A stretch of DNA of 64,000 nt from a virus, in IMG/VR virus record IMGVR_UViG_3300037069_001724, positions 7,521 to 71,520 of that record; one strand, written 5' to 3'. How positions within the stretch are numbered: the first letter of the stretch is position 1; each line of letters opens with the position of its first letter. Made by a program: the position numbers and the translations under genes. Shown piece by piece: positions 17,712-27,402 of this stretch. The notes beneath the pieces were generated by a model that worked only from the letters and a program-made list of their open reading frames with translations, had not been told where the DNA came from and searched no databases.

Positions 17712-19253
17712 ATGAAGTACACTCCGAGAACGAAGCCAATGAGGCATCAGGTGGACGCCATACGCGCCGCCGAGAAGTCTCCACCGATGGAGGACAACGT
17801 GTTTGCCTTCCTGATGGAGATGGGCACCGGCAAGTCCAAGGTAGTGCTGGACGAGTGGGGTCAGATGACTGTGAGCGGGGGGCCGCGGACGCTCGTGGTG
17901 ATCGGCCCCAAGGGATCGTACAGGAACTGGTATCAGGACAAGGGGGATGCTCAGCTCAGCGAGATGAGGACGCACCTGGACCCGGACCTGCTGGACAGGA
18001 CGGCGGTGCTGGGCTGGCGGAGCGGTGGCGGCAAGGAGTACCGCGAGGAGGTGAGGCGCTGGCTGGGTCACAGGGACGAGCGAATGCGGCGGGCACTCTT
18101 CGTGAACGTGGAGGCCCTGAGCACCGACACCGGCGCCGCCGAGTTGATGCGACAGGCCATGGAGCAGGACTTCTGCTACGTGGCCGTCGACGAGAGCACC
18201 AAGATAAAGGGCGACAGCCGGCGCACCAACCGGATCATAGAGCTGACGCGCGAGTCGAGCCACCGCAGGATCCTGACCGGGCTGGTGGCCCCGAGGTCAC
18301 CACTGGATCTGTACTACCAGTTCAGTTTCCTGGATCCGAAGATACTGAAGTACTCGTCGTTCTATCCATTTCAGTATCGCTACGCCATAACTCGGCGACA
18401 GCAGTTCAAGGGCAATAGCCGCAAGACCATCATGGTGCTCGGCTATCAGAACGAGGAGGAGCTGGCCGAGAAGATAGCGCCGTTCAGCTTTCGGGCGCTG
18501 AAGAAGGACTGCCTGGATCTCGCCCCCAAGACGTTCACGTCGCGGTCGGTGGAGCACACGCCGGAGCAGGCGCGAATGTACATCGAGCTGAAGAAATACG
18601 CCTCGACGAAGATCAGTGGTGACAAGCACATGACGGCGCTGCACAAGATGACGATGATGATGCGGCTGCATCAGATCAATCTCGGGCACGTCACCGACGA
18701 CGAGGACAGGGTCGTACACGACATTCCGAGTAATCGCATAGACGCGCTGCTGGATCTGCTGGAGGAGCACGAGGGCACGCGCGGCAACAAGGGCGAGGAG
18801 GACTTCGAGCGGCAGACCGTGGCCGGCAAGACCATCATCTGGTGTCCGTACCGGCGCCCGCTCGAGAAGATCGTGCAGACGCTGACGCGGGAGTATGGTC
18901 CCAGGTCGGTGGCGCAGTTTCACGGCGGCAACGCCGGCACGCGCGACGCGGAGGAGCAGCGGTTCAAGAACGACCCGGCCTGCCGCTTCATCGCGGCGAC
19001 GCAGGGCGCCGGCATGATGGGGAACAACTGGATCGAGGCGGATCTCGTGGTCTACTTCGCCAACGACCACGACCTGGAGCATCGCGAGCAGAGCGAGGAC
19101 CGGGCGCACCGCAAGGGCCAGACGCGGCGCGTGACCTACGTGGACCTGATAACCGAGGGAACCGTGGACGTCAAGATCGTGAAGTGTCTGCGAGCCAAGA
19201 TCAACATGGCGACCACGCTGATGGGCGACGGATACAAGGACTGGCTGATCTAG
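17712..19253 (+). CDS. SNF2-family superfamily 2 helicase
   Basis: MEMGTGKS, VDEST, RILTG, DLYYQF, QSEDRAHRKGQ. Confidence 0.92.
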   Translation: MKYTPRTKPMRHQVDAIRAAEKSPPMEDNVFAFLMEMGTGKSKVVLDEWGQMTVSGGPRTLVVIGPKGSYRNWYQDKGDAQLSEMRTHLDPDLLDRTAVLGWRSGGGKEYREEVRRWLGHRDERMRRALFVNVEALSTDTGAAELMRQAMEQDFCYVAVDESTKIKGDSRRTNRIIELTRESSHRRILTGLVAPRSPLDLYYQFSFLDPKILKYSSFYPFQYRYAITRRQQFKGNSRKTIMVLGYQNEEELAEKIAPFSFRALKKDCLDLAPKTFTSRSVEHTPEQARMYIELKKYASTKISGDKHMTALHKMTMMMRLHQINLGHVTDDEDRVVHDIPSNRIDALLDLLEEHEGTRGNKGEEDFERQTVAGKTIIWCPYRRPLEKIVQTLTREYGPRSVAQFHGGNAGTRDAEEQRFKNDPACRFIAATQGAGMMGNNWIEADLVVYFANDHDLEHREQSEDRAHRKGQTRRVTYVDLITEGTVDVKIVKCLRAKINMATTLMGDGYKDWLI

Positions 19254-19257
19254 GTCA

Positions 19258-19293
19258 CAAAAATAGCCCGCCGAAGCGCGACTTCCGGCGGGC
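19258..19293 (-). terminator. terminator at convergent junction ending the late operon
   Basis: Stem GCCCGCCG/CGGCGGGC followed by TATTTTT on the minus strand. Confidence 0.6.
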
Positions 19294-19322
19294 CTAGATG
19301 GTCCAGGTAGTTTCTTGTTTTA

Positions 19323-19991
19323 TCAGGTGGCGCTGAGCTGCACACTGTCGAAGGACAGGTAGCACCTGTCCCGCCACGTGCGAACGTAGCCTCGCAGCGT
19401 CTCGCTGCACGCCGGGTTGTCCACGAAGGCGGTGAAGCCGACCCCCTCCCTGTCCACGTACTCGGCGGCCCGTTCGTCCAGCTTGCCGATGGTGATGGCG
19501 CCGCTGCCGAGTGCTCGCATCTCGTGCGAGAGACCGAGGAACGACGACTTGTTGATGTAGTTCGTCACCAGAATATGCTTCGCGCCAAGCATCAGCTCCG
19601 AGGCGGTCTTGATCTCGTCGAAGCTGGCCTTGGTGCTGCCAAGAATGTGCAGCACGGTGATGCGAAGCTGGTTCTGTCGCATGCGCTCGAGAAAGCCGGT
19701 CTCCGCCAGCGTCTCGAGCATGGGCGACAGCAGACTGGCGCGAATGTCGATGAGCGTGACGGCGTGCTTGCCGAGATTGTCGAGAACGAGCATCTGCCCG
19801 TCGCTGTCGGCCAAGTCAACGACCGCGGTGACGTCCGGGTAGAAGCGGCGTAGAACTCCCTCCGGGGTCTGCGTGTCCCACGCGGCGTGATCGACTGACT
19901 TATTCTTGAGGTAGTCCAGTAGAATGCGGCTGACCGTGGTCTTGCCGACGCCGCCCTTGTCGGCACCGACGATTATCAGATGGGGTATCAT
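19323..19991 (-). CDS. ParA/MinD-superfamily P-loop ATPase
   Basis: Deviant Walker A GADKGGVGKTT, LIDIRA; start MIPHLII with GGAGAG RBS. Confidence 0.8.
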   Translation of the reverse strand: MIPHLIIVGADKGGVGKTTVSRILLDYLKNKSVDHAAWDTQTPEGVLRRFYPDVTAVVDLADSDGQMLVLDNLGKHAVTLIDIRASLLSPMLETLAETGFLERMRQNQLRITVLHILGSTKASFDEIKTASELMLGAKHILVTNYINKSSFLGLSHEMRALGSGAITIGKLDERAAEYVDREGVGFTAFVDNPACSETLRGYVRTWRDRCYLSFDSVQLSAT

Positions 19992-20019
19992 ACTGTCTCT
20001 CCTACAGACCACCACGCTT

Positions 20020-20853
20020 TCAAAGAGCGCCAGCGACCTGATTGTTGATAGTGGACTGGACCCAATTCTTGCACGCCGTTGGTCCATTGGCCAGCGTGAA
20101 CTCGCGGTACTTCTGGAACAGAGTGATCACGCCGGCAAACTTGGCGGGCACCCCCGCCACCGCAGCAACGGCAGGAGTCGTGCCGCTGGCGGGCACCGCA
20201 GCCACGGGATCCACAGCCGGCGTCCCCACCGCCGCCTTCACGATGGCGAGAACGGGGGTGAGGCAGTCGATGCCGGGCTTGTCCTGGGCTGCGGTGGCGC
20301 TGTCGAGTGCTCCCTGGATGTCAGGAAGGAACTGCATGTTGACGTTGGACACGCAAGCCTGGATCTGCGGCACGAAGGTCTTGGGGCTCATGGCGGTGAA
20401 CAGGTTGAAGTCGCAGATGTCCGAGACCGGCTTGCCAGTGACGGGGTCGATGGTCGGCTTGATGCCGAGGTCGGTCTTGATGTCCTGCACCGGGTCACCA
20501 GTGAGGGCGAGCGGAGGCGCCTGGATCCGGCGACCCTGAGCGTGCGCACTCTGGAACAGCAGCGGCAGAAGCAGGAACACTGCGATTATGCAGCCTGCCA
20601 CCTTGGCGACCTGAGCAACGGACGGCCCCAGCCAGAACTTCTGTGGACTGTTGGGATTGTTCTGCGAGGGGATCATGTGCAGCACGCCGTTTGCGCCGTT
20701 GACAATGGCGTTGAAGATGCCGAGCGCGGCCAGGATCTTGGTGGTGGTGATGCCGCCGAACAGGGTCGTGAATTCCGCGCCGCAGAGCAGCAGAACACTG
20801 ATGATGGCGGCGAGTACGCTGATTATCGCGCCAATGCGCGGGTCGATTGTCAT
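20020..20853 (-). CDS. membrane protein, holin-like N-terminus plus exported Cys-containing domain
   Basis: Two to three hydrophobic helices then AHA|Q signal-like site; lies in lysis region. Confidence 0.5.
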   Translation of the reverse strand: MTIDPRIGAIISVLAAIISVLLLCGAEFTTLFGGITTTKILAALGIFNAIVNGANGVLHMIPSQNNPNSPQKFWLGPSVAQVAKVAGCIIAVFLLLPLLFQSAHAQGRRIQAPPLALTGDPVQDIKTDLGIKPTIDPVTGKPVSDICDFNLFTAMSPKTFVPQIQACVSNVNMQFLPDIQGALDSATAAQDKPGIDCLTPVLAIVKAAVGTPAVDPVAAVPASGTTPAVAAVAGVPAKFAGVITLFQKYREFTLANGPTACKNWVQSTINNQVAGAL

Positions 20854-21524
20854 TGGTGACTCTCCTGAGATTTGACGTAGTCGGTTACTGCGGCCACGTA
20901 CAGTTCGATGTGATGGAACGCGAACACGGATAGATCGTCGAGTGTATTGGGCATCGGCTCCGCGTCCACGTCCACGAGTTTCTTGCGGTGCACGAAGGCG
21001 TCGAAGGGCCGCAGCGTTATCGGGACCTCAGTGACAATGTCCTTGAACGTGGCGTTGCCGTTGCGGTAACTCGTGCCCGGTATGCTGTTGATCAGCTTCC
21101 CGAAGTCCTCGAAGCCGGGCTTCGGCTCTCCGAACACGCTGAGCTTCACGGGCGGCATGCCGTCCACGGTCATGAGACCGGCTAGAATATCCGCCCGCGC
21201 CGCACCGAGGGAGTGACCGGTGACGCAGGCGGGCTGCGTGATGCTCTTCTTGACGTCGTTCCACATGTGCTCCATGCCGTCGTAGAAACCCTTGTGCACG
21301 GTGCCGATGCGCGTGACATACGGTATGGCGCGAATGTCATCCAACCAATCGTGCGCTGTGATGGAGCCACGGAACGTGATGATATCGAAGCCCGCCGTCT
21401 TCTTCAGCGACCAGTAGATGTTGTCGTCCGGGCCGGGGTCCAGTACGTCCCAGTAGCCGTTGGGTTGCGGATTATAGACGGCGCTCGAGAAATTGACTAG
21501 ATCGATGTCACTCGGGAGCAGCAT
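20850..21524 (-). CDS. class 3 lipase (alpha/beta hydrolase)
   Basis: TFRGS, DWLDD, VHKGF, TGHSLGAA nucleophile elbow, FGEPK, DIVTEVP, C-terminal His. Confidence 0.9.
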   Translation of the reverse strand: MLLPSDIDLVNFSSAVYNPQPNGYWDVLDPGPDDNIYWSLKKTAGFDIITFRGSITAHDWLDDIRAIPYVTRIGTVHKGFYDGMEHMWNDVKKSITQPACVTGHSLGAARADILAGLMTVDGMPPVKLSVFGEPKPGFEDFGKLINSIPGTSYRNGNATFKDIVTEVPITLRPFDAFVHRKKLVDVDAEPMPNTLDDLSVFAFHHIELYVAAVTDYVKSQESHQ

Positions 21525-21702
21525 GTGCGATCTCCAGCTTGGCGATGCGAACCGCGTGGTCGGCGGCCTCGGTCTCGAGGGCCTCGATGCGGTTCTTGGC
21601 GTCGGCCAGTCCCGCCTTCAGCACCGGAAGATCGAGGCCGAACGGCGAACTAGTCGCCTCCAGGCTTTCTATCGCTATCTCGAACGGTTTCTTTATCGAC
21701 AT
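21508..21702 (-). CDS. small coiled-coil hypothetical protein
   Basis: 64 aa, GGAG RBS, overlaps neighbours. Confidence 0.5.
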   Translation of the reverse strand: MSIKKPFEIAIESLEATSSPFGLDLPVLKAGLADAKNRIEALETEAADHAVRIAKLEIAHAAPE

Positions 21703-21892
21703 GTTCGATCTCCGTGACGAGGGCTTGCATGATGGAGCGCGCGAGATAGGCGTCCTCGATACCCTTTCGCGTGCGCGTCTTGGCGGTGTTCTTGGTCTCC
21801 GGGTCTATGATGAGACCCATCAGCCTGCCGAACAACAGGCCGAGTTCCTTGCAGAACGCCTCGTCTATTGCCTTGTCGCTAAGTGCTGACAT
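21650..21892 (-). CDS. hypothetical protein
   Basis: 80 aa, coupled to endolysin. Confidence 0.5.
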   Translation of the reverse strand: MSALSDKAIDEAFCKELGLLFGRLMGLIIDPETKNTAKTRTRKGIEDAYLARSIMQALVTEIEHVDKETVRDSDRKPGGD

Positions 21893-22517
21893 TCAGTGCT
21901 CTCTTCCAGAGTCGTATCGACGCCTGACGCTGCGCCAGTCCGATGAGGCCGCCGTTCAGGTGACGCGTCTCGTTGACCTCGTCGTCGCGCTGCGCCCACG
22001 GCAGGCATCCGCAGATCCGCACGAAATCTGCGAACGCGCACTCGAACGTCCAGCGCACGTCGTTGATCTGATCCGGGTTGCTCACGAGATCAACGCCGAT
22101 GATCTTCCCGAGGGCGACATAGCCGTCCCGGCCGGTAGTCTGGCAGAAACCGCGTCCCCTGAAGTTAAAGCCGTCGTTGGTTCCTGGACGATTTCCCATC
22201 CTGCCGTTGTACGCCTGATTGGCGATCAACTGCGGGTTGTGCTGCATGGCCACGGCCTGCGTCTGCGTGAAGTGACTCGGCCACTGCGACACCAGCACCG
22301 ACGCGCGATAGTTCAGGTTCTCAACCAACTCCGTACCCCCTGCGCACTCCTCCGTGAACTCGCCCATCATGTTGGCCAGCACGAGTGCGTCGTCGATGCC
22401 GTACTTCTTCGCGAGGGCGGGGGCCTGCGCGACCATGGCGGAGCGGAGACCAGGAATGACAGAGTCTCCGCGCGGCCACAGTGTCATCAGAGCGTTGGAA
22501 AAAACCGTTACGTCCAT
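21879..22517 (-). CDS. glycoside hydrolase family 19 endolysin
   Basis: EEC.G...LVENLNY, AYNGRMGN, DGFNFRGRGFCQTTGRDGY, LNGGLIGLAQR. Confidence 0.9.
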   Translation of the reverse strand: MDVTVFSNALMTLWPRGDSVIPGLRSAMVAQAPALAKKYGIDDALVLANMMGEFTEECAGGTELVENLNYRASVLVSQWPSHFTQTQAVAMQHNPQLIANQAYNGRMGNRPGTNDGFNFRGRGFCQTTGRDGYVALGKIIGVDLVSNPDQINDVRWTFECAFADFVRICGCLPWAQRDDEVNETRHLNGGLIGLAQRQASIRLWKRALNVST

Positions 22518-23089
22518 CGGATCGCCTCGGCAACCTTGTTCGCGTCCGGTTCCGAGGTCGCGGCCATCACGGCTTTCTTTCCGTTGAGACGTTTGGCCTC
22601 GATGTCGGCGGCTCTTTTTCGCAACTCGATATCCTCGGCGCAGATCGTCTCGGAGACTGCGCGATTATCGTTTCCCTTGTGACCGATTAACGCGGACAAC
22701 AGTGGATAGCTGTTGGCGTCGGCCATTGGATCGTTGATGGCTTCTCTCGCCTCGGATAGCGTATGCAGATACATTGGATTTGACATCGCGGCAGTGTCCT
22801 TGGCATGGGCCTTGATCGCGCTCATGTCAATTTGTTTGCAAAGGGCCGCTTTACGAGTAATGAGCATTTGGTCGGCTGTGATCGAACACGGAGTTATCGG
22901 TCCAAAGTCGCCGCGAATGGCGCGCTCGAACAATTCAATCCCATGCCCGTGAACGTCATTCATTGCGGCGGCAAATGGAATGGCGCCGAGATGTTTCAAT
23001 TCCTCGAACACCACACTCAAGTAAATAATGTTGTTGTCCGGGGTGGCGTATTGTGGATCGCTCGCCGATACGATGGTTCGGGTTGTCAT
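22508..23089 (-). CDS. tail fibre assembly/chaperone-like protein
   Basis: IPFAA..ND...HG.ELFERA..GDFGPI pattern; directly downstream of tail fibre. Confidence 0.65.
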   Translation of the reverse strand: MTTRTIVSASDPQYATPDNNIIYLSVVFEELKHLGAIPFAAAMNDVHGHGIELFERAIRGDFGPITPCSITADQMLITRKAALCKQIDMSAIKAHAKDTAAMSNPMYLHTLSEAREAINDPMADANSYPLLSALIGHKGNDNRAVSETICAEDIELRKRAADIEAKRLNGKKAVMAATSEPDANKVAEAIRWT

Positions 23090-23112
23090 GGTAAAATTAT
23101 CCTCTTGTTATG

Positions 23113-24729
23113 TTACGCAATCCGCTGCACGAGCTGGATCGGGAAGTTGTCGCCGACAAAGGCCGGCTGTGACGGATCGAGGTAAAATTGTGATACGATC
23201 TGCCACGTTCCCGGCCAGTTGCCGGGGCCGCCATTGCCTTGACTGTTGTTGTAGTTGAACACGATCTGCTGCCCGCCAGATGCGAACGCCGGTGCCGACG
23301 TGTAAGTACTGGCGAGAAAACTGTTAACCGAGGAAGTGGCATATGTACCGATGGCGCCGGGCGTCAGCGGGAACGTGCCGGCAGGACCTTGAGGACCAGC
23401 GGGACCGGCCGCTCCGGCTGCGCCTTGAGGACCAGTTGCGCCGGGCGATCCTCCGCCAGTCGATAGCGAGGCAATGACCTGATACTCGGTGCCGTCGTAG
23501 GCCAGCAACAGCAATTCGCCGGCCGTAAAATTGCTTGCGGTCAGTGCCGAGAGGTTGCCGTAGGTGACGTTCTTGTTGCCGAGACTCGAGACGTTGATGG
23601 TGGTGGCCGCCGTGATGTTGTTGGCGAGCTTGACCATGATGAGCAGGCCGGCGATCTGCTGGCCGCTGGTGATCGACGGCGAGAAGTTCGCAGTGATCGC
23701 GTTCGCGACACCGGAACTATCCGCGATGTACGGGATATTAATCGAGTTGAAGTTGTTGGTGATCGCGCCGGTCGACTGCCCGGGATAATTCGCAATCTGG
23801 AAGTTGGCGCCGTCATAAGTCAGTTCCAGAACCATGCCGGCGAGAATGTCGCCGGTGATTACGGCGGCGCCTCCCGCGCGCTGGATCGCGACCGTGCCGA
23901 AGCCGTTGACGTTGATGGTGCTGGCGCCGCTGTTGGCGTGTATGAACTTGGCGCGGAACGTAAAGCCTGCGACATAAGCAGTAACGGGCAATGCCGCCTG
24001 CGGTATCGTAATAATGTAGGCGTTCGCAGCGCCCGTGTCGGTGCCCCACACCCAGTCGCCCTTCAGCGTGTGACCCTGCACCGATGGCAGCGTCGGGAAG
24101 AATGGTGCGGTTGATAGTAGCGCGATGCTGGTGGACGTGATCTGTGTCTGACCGTTCGCGACCGTGATGGCGTACAGCGCGGTAAAACCCGCATCCGGCG
24201 ACGGCGTGGTCTGCGAGCCGGTGGCGGCGGCGACGCCGGCCTTCAATCCGATCGTGCAGACACACTGACGCACGGTGAAGTTTGATCCGCCTGAATTTGC
24301 TGGTCCAGAGAACGGCGCTGCGGGATTGGCCGAGTTGAAATAACTCAATACCGACGACCCAGCATCGACATCACTTAGTTCTACCTGGATCAGATAGACT
24401 TGCGAGAAGCCAGAAGTCGACGGCGGCGTGATCGTCAACGGCGTACTGATCTGCACGATACCTTGCTTCACGACGATGTTTGAATTGATACCGAGGTCGC
24501 CGTAAGCGATGGCATCGATTGCATCCAGCGAGTAGATTGATCCTGGCGCCACGTTGACGATCAGGTTCGCAGTGGGGGTGGTCGGCGTACACGCAAGACC
24601 TGCAACAACTGTGCTCGTACCTAGCACTCCAGCGTTCTGATACGCTTGCGCGATCATTCCGAAAAGATTGGTATTTAGAATATCGATGGTTTGCGGCAGT
24701 GCGCCGTCATAAACGAATGGGCGATCCAT
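23113..24729 (-). CDS. tail fibre protein
   Basis: Baseplate-anchoring N-terminus (MDRPFVYDGALP), two tandem ~85-aa D..G.ANA...YDG..Q modules, short collagen-like GXY run near 23380-23455. Confidence 0.85.
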   Translation of the reverse strand: MDRPFVYDGALPQTIDILNTNLFGMIAQAYQNAGVLGTSTVVAGLACTPTTPTANLIVNVAPGSIYSLDAIDAIAYGDLGINSNIVVKQGIVQISTPLTITPPSTSGFSQVYLIQVELSDVDAGSSVLSYFNSANPAAPFSGPANSGGSNFTVRQCVCTIGLKAGVAAATGSQTTPSPDAGFTALYAITVANGQTQITSTSIALLSTAPFFPTLPSVQGHTLKGDWVWGTDTGAANAYIITIPQAALPVTAYVAGFTFRAKFIHANSGASTINVNGFGTVAIQRAGGAAVITGDILAGMVLELTYDGANFQIANYPGQSTGAITNNFNSINIPYIADSSGVANAITANFSPSITSGQQIAGLLIMVKLANNITAATTINVSSLGNKNVTYGNLSALTASNFTAGELLLLAYDGTEYQVIASLSTGGGSPGATGPQGAAGAAGPAGPQGPAGTFPLTPGAIGTYATSSVNSFLASTYTSAPAFASGGQQIVFNYNNSQGNGGPGNWPGTWQIVSQFYLDPSQPAFVGDNFPIQLVQRIA

Positions 24730-24750
24730 TTTACATTTCCTCTTCTCGGA

Positions 24751-25812
24751 TTAGTCGATTGCGGCCCAGCAGGTCATGCCGGTCGGTTTTGTGCGATTGA
24801 TCATGTTGAGAATATCTTGATTGGTGACACCTATCAGAGCGGTGTAAGTTCCAACATATTCGATGGACCCGACGCCGTATCCGGCAACGTTGCCTCCATA
24901 ACCACCAACAAGTGGAACACCAGAATTGGTGGTGCGAGTTACTTTCACAAACGCTTGACAGGGCAACTGCATGCTGCCCCACCCGCCCTTTCCGGCACCA
25001 TAGCCAAACGATCCATATTTCTGGCTTCCGGCGATCAACGATGATCCGCTGTATGCTCCAGTGTCAAATGTGTTCCAAGGTTCGAATATCGTAGCGGCGC
25101 TGGTCACACCATTTATCAGGGACAAGGAGGACAGCGTTATCACACTAGATGCTTGCGACCATGTCAGAAAATTATTAGCGAGCGAGCCCGCCAAGACATT
25201 GACATTTGCCGAACCTGTGACCACGCTTCCGTTCACAGTCAGGGTCCACTTGTAAAGATTGGTGTCAGCAGAATTATTCACTAGTGTTGCGAGACTGGCT
25301 AAAGTTACGGCCAACGTGCCGCCGATGTTCACTTGATTTCCAGTTGCACCACTGGTTTTGAACGTGACGGTAGTGGTATTTCCGGTCGCATCGCCAAATG
25401 AAATTGAGTCATTGTTTGCAGGCTGGCCCGAGAACGTAGCAGTTGCACTGGCTTGTACGTTGCCCGGCTGCACGCCGCAAAGGTTCGTGATGGCTGCGAT
25501 CATGCCAGCGCGCGTTACACGCTCCTGCAAGATGGTCGCCTTGATCAAGGCACGATAGGTCGGGTCCTGTATCTTACCTCGTAATAGGGTGCGACCCAAG
25601 AAATCCAGAGAGATGATATCCAACCAAATCCCGTACGCGGTGCCGATGCGCGTTTGTGCTCTCGCATACCCGATCAACCCGTAGGACCACGATGCGAGGT
25701 CGGCAATGCCTCCGAGGATCGCGTCACGGTATGGCGCAGTCCACTTAAACCACTTGTTTGGAATTAGACCTTTGACGCGACTTACAATGTCGCTTGAGCT
25801 TCCAGTTGTCAT
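24751..25812 (-). CDS. baseplate wedge protein (gpI-like) with inserted domain
   Basis: TRIGTAYGIWLDIISLDFLG, IFEPWN, KPTGMTCW; follows baseplate J. Confidence 0.75.
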   Translation of the reverse strand: MTTGSSSDIVSRVKGLIPNKWFKWTAPYRDAILGGIADLASWSYGLIGYARAQTRIGTAYGIWLDIISLDFLGRTLLRGKIQDPTYRALIKATILQERVTRAGMIAAITNLCGVQPGNVQASATATFSGQPANNDSISFGDATGNTTTVTFKTSGATGNQVNIGGTLAVTLASLATLVNNSADTNLYKWTLTVNGSVVTGSANVNVLAGSLANNFLTWSQASSVITLSSLSLINGVTSAATIFEPWNTFDTGAYSGSSLIAGSQKYGSFGYGAGKGGWGSMQLPCQAFVKVTRTTNSGVPLVGGYGGNVAGYGVGSIEYVGTYTALIGVTNQDILNMINRTKPTGMTCWAAID

Positions 25813-27023
25813 GATATGCTCATCGTCCTTGCCTTGATCGTTGCGTAATTGATCGTAGAGTGCTGATCCTGCGTTAGAAAAGTTGTGGACAATGATGCCG
25901 CATCACCAGTTGCTTGATTTAGAAACACAGCATCTACCGCAATAACTCCGGGGATCGCATACGGCCACGACGAAACCAATGTCCAAGGAAGGCCGACCCC
26001 GAGACCCAATGAGTTGATATTGGTTGCGACTAATGCCTTGACCTGAGCGACGACCGTGTTATGATCGAACAATGGGGAGGTCTTTAGTTGCATCGAGACA
26101 TCGGCTGTGATGATCACAGGTGGGAACACCTGACATTGCACTCCCAGCGGGCGAACGGCGATCGCGGCATTCAGTGCCGCTGTCAGAAACGCCGGTGACG
26201 GACTGCCAGAGCCATCATCGGCCACGACAAAGAAATATCCCGGCCGATAGCTGCCATCATAATTATATCCCTCAGTCAAGGTCCATTGAATTGTGATATC
26301 GACACCTTCAATGGAAGATGTCAGACCGTAAAGATCGCCGCGAGACAGTCCGAGAATGTATGCCGCGAACCTAGCTTTAAGCGCACTGTCGCTCTCGAAG
26401 TTTGCGCCATTTAGAAAGGCCGCCGGGTTCTGCACCATGTCCACACCAGTGATCGGTGATGTCATCACACTGATCGACGTGGCCACCACGTTCCCCCCCA
26501 CTCCCGGCGTGGTGCACTGAACCGGGACTACGACTGAGCCAACGCTGGAGGGCATGATATAACCTCCGGGCGCTGGAGTAGCAGAGTATGAGCCATTGGT
26601 CGGGTCCGCTGTGACGGCGAATGTCACCGATCCGTCGTTGGTCTGAACCGAGGTGCCAACCGGGACGAAGACAGAGCTGGGTCCGGCGGTGAAGCGAGAG
26701 AATATGACCTGTCCGGAAGACGCCTGAGCTCCTAGGCGGGGGGATCCGCCGGGGAGTGCTGTGGTCTGGCTTCCTGGAATGATTGGCATGAAGTCGGCGG
26801 TGAACGTGTCAACATCGTTACCCTTCGAAGTTGAGAGGCGCGTTGCGGTGAGTACCTGAAGGATCAGGGCCTGAAACCACAGGAAGACGCCGGCGAACCC
26901 CTCCACGATAGCCCGCACGGAGGAACCCTGCGAGAAGTTTACGATCTTGATCGCGCGTCCCTGGATGCCGGCAGTGATGTTGCTGACGATCGTGGCGAAC
27001 GATTGGGTCGGAAGCGTTGCCAT
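25809..27023 (-). CDS. baseplate J-like protein
   Basis: GSSVRAIVE, PGVGGNV, GANFESDSALKARF, VVADDGSG, VRPLG. Confidence 0.9.
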   Translation of the reverse strand: MATLPTQSFATIVSNITAGIQGRAIKIVNFSQGSSVRAIVEGFAGVFLWFQALILQVLTATRLSTSKGNDVDTFTADFMPIIPGSQTTALPGGSPRLGAQASSGQVIFSRFTAGPSSVFVPVGTSVQTNDGSVTFAVTADPTNGSYSATPAPGGYIMPSSVGSVVVPVQCTTPGVGGNVVATSISVMTSPITGVDMVQNPAAFLNGANFESDSALKARFAAYILGLSRGDLYGLTSSIEGVDITIQWTLTEGYNYDGSYRPGYFFVVADDGSGSPSPAFLTAALNAAIAVRPLGVQCQVFPPVIITADVSMQLKTSPLFDHNTVVAQVKALVATNINSLGLGVGLPWTLVSSWPYAIPGVIAVDAVFLNQATGDAASLSTTFLTQDQHSTINYATIKARTMSIS

Positions 27024-27030
27024 TTGGCCC

Positions 27031-27399
27031 TCAGTTGGTAATCGTGAAGGATACCGACACGCCAGTCAGGGCGTCCCAGTACTGAATTCCTATGGAGATG
27101 TTATCCGTGGTGTTCGACACCTTGGTCACCGTGATAATAGCCGGTGGACTCGGCGCCACAGATTGTTCAAGACCGAGCTGCTGCGAGACAATCGATTGTA
27201 TGTCAGTGACAGACAGTAAGCTGCCAATCTTTTGAGGAAGACCGGCGCCGTACTGCGGATGCCACACATAGCCGTTGACCGCGGTGAAGAGACGTCGCTC
27301 GATGCGCTGCCTGACCTCATCGTCACCATCAATGACAAGCAAATCACCAGTAGCATCAAGCACAAAGTCACCGTCCCATTCAAGATAGAAATCAGCCAT
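27031..27399 (-). CDS. baseplate wedge / sheath initiator (gp25/gpW-like)
   Basis: QRIERRLFT..YVWHPQYGAGL. Confidence 0.8.
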   Translation of the reverse strand: MADFYLEWDGDFVLDATGDLLVIDGDDEVRQRIERRLFTAVNGYVWHPQYGAGLPQKIGSLLSVTDIQSIVSQQLGLEQSVAPSPPAIITVTKVSNTTDNISIGIQYWDALTGVSVSFTITN

Positions 27400-27402
27400 G
27401 GT

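Noticed and set aside
23113-24729. Diversity-generating retroelement or invertible tail fibre
   Set aside because: No reverse transcriptase, TR/VR pair or invertase seen; the internal repeats are diverged protein-level duplications
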